From the NCBI GenBank assembly GCA_046293175.1, contig JBKBPM010000001.1:4484-68483 (forward strand): DNA of 64,000 nucleotides, read 5' to 3'. Below the pieces are notes generated by a model that did no database searches, had not been told where the DNA came from, and saw only the letters and a program-made list of their open reading frames with translations. The DNA is from Minisyncoccia bacterium. GTDB lineage: Bacteria > Patescibacteriota > Minisyncoccia > Phycocordibacterales > UBA918. Position 1 is the stretch's first letter, and each line of letters starts with the position of its first letter. This document shows positions 47,362-56,318 of this stretch, piece by piece. Made by a program: the position numbers and the translations under genes.

Positions 47362-48240
47362 GTGTATACTAGGCCTTGTATGGAAAATCAATCAGTCGTG
47401 TGTCTGTCTTGTCAGTCACCACGTGTGACCGTTCTCACACACAACATGAACAAATGCGAGGCTTGCGGTTACTTCTTTGTCGCAGTCCTAGAGCGCGATC
47501 GGCAGCAAGCTAATTTTCAACTTATCACCAATGCACCAGTAGATGCCGCCGCACTCGCGGCCATGAAAAAGAAATATCCTAAAGATAGCCACGCCAAGCG
47601 AAAACTCTACGAAGCGTATGCAGAAAAAGCGCTGGCATGGTATGGACCTGAGGTGGCTATCCTTGATGTCGGAGCTAGTGGCGGATTTTTCCTTCATGAG
47701 GTAGAAAAGCGGGGAGCAAAAAAGGAGAATCTGCGCACCCTTGAGGTCGATCGTACGTACCAGGCAATGACCGAAGAATACTTTGGTTACGAAGGTGATA
47801 TCGAAAATATTGAAACTTACCAAGCGCCACGTCAGTACCATTTGATTACATTGTTTGATGTGCTTGAGCACGTCCATAAGTTTTGGGACGCCCTTGCGAC
47901 GATGCATAACGCGCTTACTCCAGATGGACGCCTCCTTTTAAAGCTCCCGAATGGTCGGTGGGCCTACTTTAAGTATAAGATGGCGATGCTCCTCGGGTGG
48001 CAAAAAAAAGTGCCAGGCTATCTCTACCTCGAACCAGGTGGGCACCTCAACTACTGGAACTACCAGTCCATTAAGACCCTTGAGAAAGCTGGTTTTGAAC
48101 TGGAGTCATTTGTGTACGTTCGTCCGTACAAGGAGCAGTTTGGTTCTCAGTACCCGGTCCGTATCTTGGGATATCGACTTAATGCGCTTTTGGGACTTAA
48201 TTTGTTTCCTGAGTTTATCGCCGTATTCAAGAAAAAATAA
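47362..48240 (+). CDS. SAM-dependent methyltransferase with N-terminal CxxC...CxxC zinc-ribbon (sugar C-/O-methyltransferase type)
   Basis: CLSCQSP...CEACGYFF; ILDVGASGGFF motif I; LFDVLEHV. Confidence 0.6.
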   Translation: MYTRPCMENQSVVCLSCQSPRVTVLTHNMNKCEACGYFFVAVLERDRQQANFQLITNAPVDAAALAAMKKKYPKDSHAKRKLYEAYAEKALAWYGPEVAILDVGASGGFFLHEVEKRGAKKENLRTLEVDRTYQAMTEEYFGYEGDIENIETYQAPRQYHLITLFDVLEHVHKFWDALATMHNALTPDGRLLLKLPNGRWAYFKYKMAMLLGWQKKVPGYLYLEPGGHLNYWNYQSIKTLEKAGFELESFVYVRPYKEQFGSQYPVRILGYRLNALLGLNLFPEFIAVFKKK

Positions 48241-48284
48241 CTTTTGTTTGCAATAACGAGTTACATCCGATATAACAGGCACAT

Positions 48285-49148
48285 ATGAAAGAATTACAAA
48301 TCGGATTTATCGGACAAGGGTTTATTGGCAAGCATCTCGCTGACGATTTTGCTGAACGAGGATTTACCATTGTCCGGTACGCGCTTGAACCAGAGTTTGC
48401 TGACAACAAAGACGCCATCAAAGACTGTGATATCGTTTTTATTGCGGTACCAACCCCAACGACACCAACTGGTTTTGATTCCCGAATTCTTGAGGCAGTT
48501 TTGCCACTGGTGGGGGCTGGTAAAACGGCAGTAATTAAATCAACGATGTTGCCAGGTACGACCCTACGACTCCAAAAGCAATTTCCTGATATTGTGGTAC
48601 TCCACAGTCCAGAGTTTTTGCGAGAGAAGAGTGCGCGTGAAGATACCAAAGAACCACTCCGTAATATTGTTGGCATGCCAATTGCAGATGAAGCGCATCA
48701 AACAGCAGCTGAGCAAGTGATGGCAGTTTTGCCGAATAGTCCGTTTACTCTGATCACCGGTGCGGCTGAAGCCGAGCTCATTAAGTATGCAGGTAACAAT
48801 TTCCTCGCACTGAAGGTCATCTTTATGAATATTATCTACGATGCCGCTGAGGCTGTTGGTGCCAACTATTCTTTGATTGCCGAAGCCATGAAAGCCGATC
48901 CGCGGATTGGAACGAGTCATATGAACGTAATTGATCAAAGTGGTCACCCAGGGAGTGTGCCGGGACGAGGGGCGGGCGGACACTGCTTTCCGAAAGACTG
49001 GGCAGCCTTCACCGATTGGTATAGAGCAACTTGTGCTGATGACACTGCCGGCCAGGCTGTGCTTGATGCCGTAGAGAAAAAGAATATTGATTTGCTTCGC
49101 AGTAGTCAAAAAGATCTCGACTTACTCGCTGGTATTTACGGCGCGTAA
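48285..49148 (+). CDS. UDP-glucose/GDP-mannose dehydrogenase family protein, short form (287 aa)
   Basis: IGFIGQGFIGKHL NAD-binding fold; catalytic GGHCFPKD. Confidence 0.7.
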   Translation: MKELQIGFIGQGFIGKHLADDFAERGFTIVRYALEPEFADNKDAIKDCDIVFIAVPTPTTPTGFDSRILEAVLPLVGAGKTAVIKSTMLPGTTLRLQKQFPDIVVLHSPEFLREKSAREDTKEPLRNIVGMPIADEAHQTAAEQVMAVLPNSPFTLITGAAEAELIKYAGNNFLALKVIFMNIIYDAAEAVGANYSLIAEAMKADPRIGTSHMNVIDQSGHPGSVPGRGAGGHCFPKDWAAFTDWYRATCADDTAGQAVLDAVEKKNIDLLRSSQKDLDLLAGIYGA

Positions 49149-49168
49149 TGAGATAGATTTTATTTTAT

Positions 49169-50179
49169 ATGTCCACCCCAAAGACCAAAGTTGTGGTAGT
49201 TGGTGGTGGTACCGGTACTTACACACTGTTGCGAGGACTGAGGCAGTATCATAATGAGCTTGATATTACAGCAATTGTGACGATGGCTGATTCCGGTGGT
49301 TCGACCGGTCGGCTTCGTGATGAATTCGGACAGTTGCCGGTAGGGGATGTGAGACAGGCGCTCGCTGCCTTGGCTCCTGATGTACCAGGCGCCAAGAATC
49401 TCTTACGCGATTTATTTTTGTACCGCTTCAAAAGTGGGGAAGGACTCTCTGGTCACAATTTTGGCAACCTCTTTTTAACTGCGCTCACCGATATGCTCGG
49501 TAGTGAAGCAGAAGCCATTGAAGCGGCTGGAGTATTGCTGCGTATCGAAGGGAAGGTGATCCCGGTGACCACCGACAAGGCCCATCTTGCTGCAACTTTT
49601 AGTTCTGGTCGAACCGTGGTTGGTGAACATGAGATTGATGAACCGAAACCAGAACATATTCATGATCGAATTACGACGCTCTTTCTGACCCCAATAGCGA
49701 AGCTTTCAGTTGAGGCAAAAGAGGCACTTTTGTCTGCCGACTGTATTATTTTTGGGCCGGGTGATTTTTATACGAGTATTCTCGCGAATGCGGTCGTGAC
49801 TGGTTTTGCCGACGCTGTGAAGGAGAGTCAGGCGACTATACTGTTTGTGGCTAATTTGATGGCGAGGCCTGGGCAGACAATTGGCATGCACCTCGCTGAC
49901 TATGTAACGGAGTTTCATCGCTACGTGTCTGTTTTGCCAGATCTCATTGTGGTGCCAGACACGCTGTTGCCAGGAGAGCTTGTACAGCACTATGCCGATA
50001 CCGAAGGTGTGCATCCAGTCTCGCATCAGATCACTGATGAGCGAATCAAGCTGCATGCTGCACCAATCATAAACCAAGAACGTTTTTTGCCAGAGGCTGG
50101 TGACGTACTTATTCGAAGTCTCATTCGTCACGATAGTGACGCGCTAGCGGCAGCAATTGTCGGTCTGCTCCACAGATGA
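49169..50179 (+). CDS. YvcK/CofD-family (UPF0052, gluconeogenesis-factor-like) protein
   Basis: VVVVGGGTGTYTLLRGL ... ITAIVTMADSGGSTGRLR. Confidence 0.75.
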   Translation: MSTPKTKVVVVGGGTGTYTLLRGLRQYHNELDITAIVTMADSGGSTGRLRDEFGQLPVGDVRQALAALAPDVPGAKNLLRDLFLYRFKSGEGLSGHNFGNLFLTALTDMLGSEAEAIEAAGVLLRIEGKVIPVTTDKAHLAATFSSGRTVVGEHEIDEPKPEHIHDRITTLFLTPIAKLSVEAKEALLSADCIIFGPGDFYTSILANAVVTGFADAVKESQATILFVANLMARPGQTIGMHLADYVTEFHRYVSVLPDLIVVPDTLLPGELVQHYADTEGVHPVSHQITDERIKLHAAPIINQERFLPEAGDVLIRSLIRHDSDALAAAIVGLLHR

Positions 50180-50219
50180 CGCATCTCTTGTTTTCAAAAC
50201 ACAGTATACTAGTGACAGT

Positions 50220-51509
50220 ATGGAAGACGGTCAATATATCAAAGACGCTCAACGGTCACTTGATTCGATTCTTCGTAATGGTCGCCAGAAAAACCAAACG
50301 GCAGCAATACCAGAAGTTTCAGTGAGCGAAGCCCGTCAATCGCCGGTAGCGGAACTCACTTCAACCCGTACTAAGACTCGGGTGTTGTTTATTACTACTG
50401 ATACCAGCATGCTCAATCAAGCCACCAAGTCGCTTGACGGCTTCACGGCTATCAGAGACCTCTTTCATGAGGTGCATATAATGGTATTGCGAACTGGTAT
50501 CAAGCCAAAAAATCCCGTACTGCGTATTGATAACAATACCTGGCTCTATACGGTGACAGCCAAATATGCCTGGCAGTTACCGTTTTTTGGCTGGTCAATG
50601 TTGGCCAAAGAGCTCACCTTTGCTGAAGGTTTTAGACCAGATATTATTGTGGCGCGTGAAGTAGGGGTGAGTGCCTTTTGCGCGTATGGAGCGGGTACCT
50701 ATTATGGCCGTTCTATACAACTGCATATTCCAGAACGTCACCGACAGGCCGCCAAGTGGCTAGAGCGCAAATTTGAGGCTTGGCTCATCCGACTCTTTCC
50801 AAGTATTCGTGTTACGACCGAAGAGCTTGCAAAGTCATACCAGGCAGCACTTGGAGAAGATTATGATGTTGCTATCTTGCCGCGGTACCGCGGGTATATC
50901 AATGATTTTACGGGTAAGCAGGGAACATACCTTCGTACTAAATACCCGCAATTTAGTTTCATCGTATTGTATGTAGGTGACCTGATACCAACATCAACTG
51001 CTTTTAGTGCCATTGATGCGGTGCGGGGTATTTTGCGCAACCCACGAGTTGGTTTTTTGATGGTGGGAAATGGAACCGGAGTTATGGAGTGCGAACGCCG
51101 AGCGGAACTCTTGGGTATTAAAGATCAGGTAGTGATTGAACGTCGAGCTGATGACATTGCCGCCTACATGAGCAGCGCTGATGTGCTTCTGGTGACTGAT
51201 GTTGACGCTACTGCCGATGAGGTGGCATTGTACGGAGCAGCGGCTGGTACTCCTACCGTCATGACGAAGACGGCCCTGCGTGAAGATATCTTCGTCGATG
51301 GTGAATCTGCCTACCTGGTATCTGATGCCCGCTCAAACCGTATTGGTGAGATTTTAGTACGCTTATTAAATAATAATACCGATCGACTTCTCATGCGCGA
51401 TCGCAGTAGGCAAGCCGTGGTGAGTCGTCTCTCGACTAGTCAAAGCGACTACGAACGAGCCTTTCGGGCCAGTATTGAGGAGGCGCTTTTATACGAAGTC
51501 TCATCATAG
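50220..51509 (+). CDS. GT4-like glycosyltransferase (start at MEDGQY)
   Basis: C-terminal GT1-type domain FLMVGNGTGVMECERRAELLGI...LLVTDVDATADEVALYGAAAGTPTVMTK. Confidence 0.6.
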   Translation: MEDGQYIKDAQRSLDSILRNGRQKNQTAAIPEVSVSEARQSPVAELTSTRTKTRVLFITTDTSMLNQATKSLDGFTAIRDLFHEVHIMVLRTGIKPKNPVLRIDNNTWLYTVTAKYAWQLPFFGWSMLAKELTFAEGFRPDIIVAREVGVSAFCAYGAGTYYGRSIQLHIPERHRQAAKWLERKFEAWLIRLFPSIRVTTEELAKSYQAALGEDYDVAILPRYRGYINDFTGKQGTYLRTKYPQFSFIVLYVGDLIPTSTAFSAIDAVRGILRNPRVGFLMVGNGTGVMECERRAELLGIKDQVVIERRADDIAAYMSSADVLLVTDVDATADEVALYGAAAGTPTVMTKTALREDIFVDGESAYLVSDARSNRIGEILVRLLNNNTDRLLMRDRSRQAVVSRLSTSQSDYERAFRASIEEALLYEVSS

Positions 51510-51559
51510 CAGTACCTGTTTCTGTTTGACGGCATGGTACACTTTTACTACAGATTTTT

Positions 51560-52387
51560 ATGAAAATGCGACATGGCCCAGCGTTTATTGGTATCGGTGC
51601 CTCACATGCCGGACTGACACAAGTCACTAAATGGCTTAGTGAACATGAAGCAGTTACTGATACTATAGTGGCAGGAAATTTTTTTAATACCGAAGCCTTT
51701 ACAAAAAAAGGTCTTGCTTGGTATGAGAACCGCATCGGTTGTGGTCAAGAGAACAAGGGAAAGTTGTGTGGTGATGTCACTGCTGGCTATTTGGTAGATA
51801 AAGATGTACCGAAACGCATTGCGACCACATATGGTGATGCTAAACTTTTTTTGATTGTCAGGCATCCTCTCAAACGGGCACTCCAGGCGTACCTTACAAA
51901 TCAATCTATTGATAAGTCAGCCGGTCATTTATCAGCTGCTGCATATTTGGCGAAAGAAACAGCCATTCAAACAGAGAGCTACTACGCTGATCACTTGGCG
52001 TATTACTACGAGTATTATGCACCGGTAAATCTTCATATTATTGTGTACGAAGATTTAGTAGCCGATCCAGTCAAGACTATGCAGGCACTCTATACGTACC
52101 TGGAGATTGATGCTGGGGTAATTCCAAAAAGCCTTAAACATCTTGCGCCTCCACCGGAGCCACCAAAAAACCCAGGTCTCATCAAACGTACGCGCATGCG
52201 CATCCATTCGTTGTATAAGCGACTCCGCGCACGTCCAGTCGGGCCACTGTTTCCGCCAGAGCCAGATATAGACAGTCTGCTTTCACCAGAAGAAAAGCAG
52301 CTTTTTGTGGCGAGTCTGCGACCAGCGACCGATCGGCTGTCGCATATAGTAGGGAGGGATATGCTTTCTTTCTGGGACCTCTCCTAG
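51560..52387 (+). CDS. Sulfotransferase-family protein (tentative)
   Basis: 5'-PSB-like PAFIGIGASHAGLTQVTKWL and 3'-PB-like LFLIVRHPLKRALQAY. Confidence 0.5.
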   Translation: MKMRHGPAFIGIGASHAGLTQVTKWLSEHEAVTDTIVAGNFFNTEAFTKKGLAWYENRIGCGQENKGKLCGDVTAGYLVDKDVPKRIATTYGDAKLFLIVRHPLKRALQAYLTNQSIDKSAGHLSAAAYLAKETAIQTESYYADHLAYYYEYYAPVNLHIIVYEDLVADPVKTMQALYTYLEIDAGVIPKSLKHLAPPPEPPKNPGLIKRTRMRIHSLYKRLRARPVGPLFPPEPDIDSLLSPEEKQLFVASLRPATDRLSHIVGRDMLSFWDLS

Positions 52388-52624
52388 ATTTCACCAACTA
52401 ACCCCATCTTCTTTGTTGTCATCGTCAAAGAAAAAGTCATTGTATATCTAATACGCCTCCTTTTTCTTTTCCTCGACGCCGCGAATCTGCGGTCATTTGC
52501 TGAAATCTAGAACTGGAATTTGTTATTAATGAGAAATTTGTGACTACTGACCGTAGAAAGACATTAGGAATAGGTGTTCGTCTAGAGATGGTCGGTTTTT
52601 TGCCTGTGGTATAGTAGTAGCCAT

Positions 52625-54844
52625 ATGAAAGATATTTTGCAAGGTATTATTTATGTTGGTTTGTTTGCGGTACCATTTTTAACCCTATACGTCGCAAACG
52701 AAAACTTTTTTCCATACATTACCGGTAAGAATTTCTGGTTCCGTATCATCGTCGAAATTGTTTTAGCCGCTTACGTTATTCTCGCACTCCTCGATACCAC
52801 TTTCCGGCCACGCTTTTCTTGGCTTTTGGTAACCTTCAGTGCTCTGCTTGGCGTGATGCTTATTGCGACACTGCAGGCTGAACATGTGACTACAGCGCTC
52901 TGGAGTAATTTTGAGCGTATGGATGGCTATGTCACTCTTGTACACGTCTTCTTATACTTCTTGGTATTGGCTAGTATGTTCAAGAGTCGAGCAATTTGGA
53001 CCTACTTCCTCAACACTACCGTCGGTGTGGCGGCACTGGTAGCGCTGAATGGCGTGGCTCAGCTTTCCGGTGGTACCACGCGTGTTGATAGTACACTTGG
53101 AAACGCTGCCTACATGGCCGTGTATATGCTCTTCCATATCTTTATTGCAGCGTTCCTCTTTGCTCGCACGAAGGTGGTTCCATACCGCGTCATTTATGGC
53201 TTGTTGATTGTGCTCTTTGTGTTTGTGCTCTTGCAAACCGGTACTCGAGGTACGGCTATTGGTCTTGCGACTGGATCACTTGCGATGGTGGCGTATATGG
53301 TGCTTTTTGCTACCAAGAATCCGCAGATTCGGCGCTACGCGGTGATTGCTACAGTGGCGCTTGTTGTGGTGTTCTCTGGCTTCTTTGCCGTTCGTGATTC
53401 AGCCTATATCCAGAGTAAGCCAGCCTTAGCTCGTATTGCGAACATTGATCTTGGTAACGACCTTCGTGTCCGTTCAATTATTTGGGGTATGTCTATTGAG
53501 GGAGTAAAAGAACGACCACTCTTTGGTTGGGGGAATGGTAACTTCAACTACGTCTTTAATGAACAGTACGACCCTCGTCTCTATGGTCAGGAACAGTGGT
53601 TTGATCGGGTGCACAATATTGTATTTGATTGGCTGATTGCTGGCGGTGTGGTTGGCTTGTTAGCGTACGGCAGTATCTTTGCGGCCATATTCTATTACCT
53701 TATTATCGTCGCTTGGCGAAAGGAGAGTGCAATTCCGGTAATGGAACGTGGTATTTTGGTTGGTTTGACTGTGGGGTACATGACGCACAACCTGGTGGTG
53801 TTTGACAATATCATTAGTTACATTTTCTTTGCGGTTCTCCTGGCTCTGGTGCACAGTTACTACAGTGAGGAATGGGGTGGTTTCATGAAGCGATCATTAC
53901 CAAAGCCAATTGTGACGCAGATTGTGGCACCTATCATCGTCGTGCTCGCTGTTGTTTTTGTCTACGTCGTCAACGTACCAGGAATGCGTGCCGCATCAGG
54001 TATTATTGATGCGTTTCGTACCCAAGATATTGCACAGCGTCTCTCCATCTTTGAAGAGATTTTGGCACTTAACTCGTTTGCCCAGCAAGAAATTGTTGAG
54101 CAGCTTGCCCAGCAGGCGATGGGTATTGCCCAGAATCCTGGAGCTATTGACCCTGCCCTACGCGATAAGTTTTTGGCTACTGCCGAATCAGAATTGCAAA
54201 AGATGGTGCAAAAGAAGCCCGGGGACGCTCGACTTCATGTCTTCCTCTCGAGTTACTATCGTGCGACTGGTGATCAGGCCAAGGCACAGGCTGAACTTGC
54301 TATCGCTCGTTCATTGTCACCAAAGAAGCAAGCGATTATTCTCCAGCAGGGTGCAGTAGAAATTGCCCTTGGCAACAACGAAGCGGCGCGTGATTTCTTT
54401 GCGGAGGCATTCCGACTGGATGAAACCAACGATGAGGCGCGCGAGTACTATTACGCCTCACTCTTGTTTACGGGTGAATTAGAACAGGCAGATGGTCTTT
54501 TGGCTTCAACCACACCTGAATTCAAAGATCGTATTGCCAATAGTGATTTTGTCTTCTCGGCACTTAATCAAGCAAAGCAGTATGAAACACTCGCCGGTCT
54601 CTACGAACAACGTGTGCTTGCTACACCTGATAATGCGCAGCAGTGGGCAAGTCTGGCCTTCCTCTACTACCAGCTTGGTCAAGAAGCTTCAACCACTAAT
54701 AAAGATCGTCAGCGAATTATGACAGATAAGGCAATTGAGACATTGGCTCGAGGAGCTAAAGCTGTACCAACCTTTGCACCGACAGCAGAGTGTGTATCAA
54801 CAAATCTCAAGGCCGGACGAGCACCTGAGGTGGGTTGTCAGTAG
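52625..54844 (+). CDS. O-antigen ligase (Wzy_C / WaaL-like) domain protein with C-terminal TPR repeats
   Basis: About 12 TM, LLQTGTRGTAIGLATGSLAMV loop motif, then TPR-like helical repeats. Confidence 0.7.
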   Translation: MKDILQGIIYVGLFAVPFLTLYVANENFFPYITGKNFWFRIIVEIVLAAYVILALLDTTFRPRFSWLLVTFSALLGVMLIATLQAEHVTTALWSNFERMDGYVTLVHVFLYFLVLASMFKSRAIWTYFLNTTVGVAALVALNGVAQLSGGTTRVDSTLGNAAYMAVYMLFHIFIAAFLFARTKVVPYRVIYGLLIVLFVFVLLQTGTRGTAIGLATGSLAMVAYMVLFATKNPQIRRYAVIATVALVVVFSGFFAVRDSAYIQSKPALARIANIDLGNDLRVRSIIWGMSIEGVKERPLFGWGNGNFNYVFNEQYDPRLYGQEQWFDRVHNIVFDWLIAGGVVGLLAYGSIFAAIFYYLIIVAWRKESAIPVMERGILVGLTVGYMTHNLVVFDNIISYIFFAVLLALVHSYYSEEWGGFMKRSLPKPIVTQIVAPIIVVLAVVFVYVVNVPGMRAASGIIDAFRTQDIAQRLSIFEEILALNSFAQQEIVEQLAQQAMGIAQNPGAIDPALRDKFLATAESELQKMVQKKPGDARLHVFLSSYYRATGDQAKAQAELAIARSLSPKKQAIILQQGAVEIALGNNEAARDFFAEAFRLDETNDEAREYYYASLLFTGELEQADGLLASTTPEFKDRIANSDFVFSALNQAKQYETLAGLYEQRVLATPDNAQQWASLAFLYYQLGQEASTTNKDRQRIMTDKAIETLARGAKAVPTFAPTAECVSTNLKAGRAPEVGCQ

Positions 54845-54856
54845 TAACTATTTCAT

Positions 54857-55889
54857 GGCTGATTTAGTGGTACTGGAGAAGGTCTCCCTCGCAGAGCATA
54901 CAACCCTCAAAGTTGGTGGTACCGCGCGCTATTTCATTACCGCTACGAGTGAAGCAGAGGTGGCAGAAGCAGTGCAGTTTGCACATGAGCGGCAATTACC
55001 GCTTTTTGTGCTTGGAGCAGGTTCAAATGTGCTTGCAAGTGATGGTGAGTATGCTGGTGTGGTACTTAATATTCGTCTACTGGGTAAAGAAGCAATTGTT
55101 GACGAAAGTACTAACTCGGTGCTTTTTACCGTTGGTGCTGGTGAAGATCTCGACACGATTATTGCTCATACTGTTCTATCTGGTTGGTGGGGGATAGAAA
55201 ACCTCTCGGCTATCCCGAGCTCAATTGGTGCTGTTCCAGTGCAAAATGTGGGAGCCTACGGCGTCGAGGCGAGTCAGGTGATTGTGTCAGTGCGGGTGTA
55301 TAACGGGGAGACAAAACAGATTGAAACGTGGATCGCTAGTCAGTGTGCATTTGCGTATCGTGACTCAATCTTCAAACATGAAAGAGGGCGGCAAGCGATA
55401 GTACTGGCAGTTACGTTCCGATTATCGGTAACACCCACACCTCATTTAAGCTACAAAGATCTAGTCGAGTATTTTGGTGATACAACACCTACTCAGGCTG
55501 CGATTCGTGCAGCGATTATTGCTATTCGGGGAAAGAAATTTCCCGATTGGCGAGTGGTTGGTACCGCTGGTTCATTCTTCAAAAATCCTATCATTCCATC
55601 GACCCAGGCTGCATTACTCAAAGAGCAGTACCCAGAGCTTCCCGTTTATGATACCGATACTGCTGATCAAAAAAAGGTATCATTAGGATACGTGCTTGAT
55701 AAAATTTGTCACCTCAAAGGATACTGCGATGGACCAGTTTGTCTCTATCAAGAGCAGGCTCTTGTGCTTACTGTGGTTCCAGGTACTGGTGCTGATGTAG
55801 TCACTGCTTTCGCAAAAAAAATTGCCGAAAAAGTTTTTGCTACAACAAATATTTCAATTGAGTGGGAAGTAGTTTTACTTTCGAACTGA
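54857..55889 (+). CDS. murB: UDP-N-acetylenolpyruvoylglucosamine reductase MurB (start at MADLVV)
   Basis: TTLKVGGTARYF, LGAGSNVL FAD-binding motifs. Confidence 0.8.
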
Positions 55890-56080
55890 TAAGGAGAAAA
55901 AATTTCTTATTTAAATTTTTTAATTTTTTCTTATCCACACAAATTGTGTGAAAACAAATTGTATGAAAAAAAATTACACGTGATAATAGATGTAAGCAGA
56001 CATTCTCTCAAACAGTTCTTTCTTTAAGGTGAGAGAGTCATGCGGTCGAAATTTATTCAACTAACTCTCATCACACATAT

Positions 56081-56224
56081 ATGGCAGTAGCAAAGAAGAA
56101 GGCCGCTAAGAAAGTAGCCAAGAAAGCAGTGAAGAAGGCTCCAGCAAAGAAGAAGGTAGCCAAGAAAGCTGTAAAGAAGGCTGCCCCTAAGAAGGCCGCA
56201 AAAAAGGTAGCAAAGCGCAAGTAA
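56081..56224 (+). CDS. 47-aa Lys/Ala-rich histone-H1-like basic protein (Hc1/AlgP-repeat type)
   Basis: MAVAKKKAAKKVAKKAVKKAPAKKKVAKKAVKKAAPKKAAKKVAKRK; own terminator aaaaaccgcttctagcggttttt at 56250-56274; missed by ORF track (<60 aa). Confidence 0.5.
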   Translation: MAVAKKKAAKKVAKKAVKKAPAKKKVAKKAVKKAAPKKAAKKVAKRK

Positions 56225-56318
56225 GACACCTCCGTGTCGAACTAATAGCAAAAACCGCTTCTAGCGGTTTTTGCTTTGTCTTTGTGTTTCCTATAAAAAA
56301 CGGTATACTTTGCAGGCT

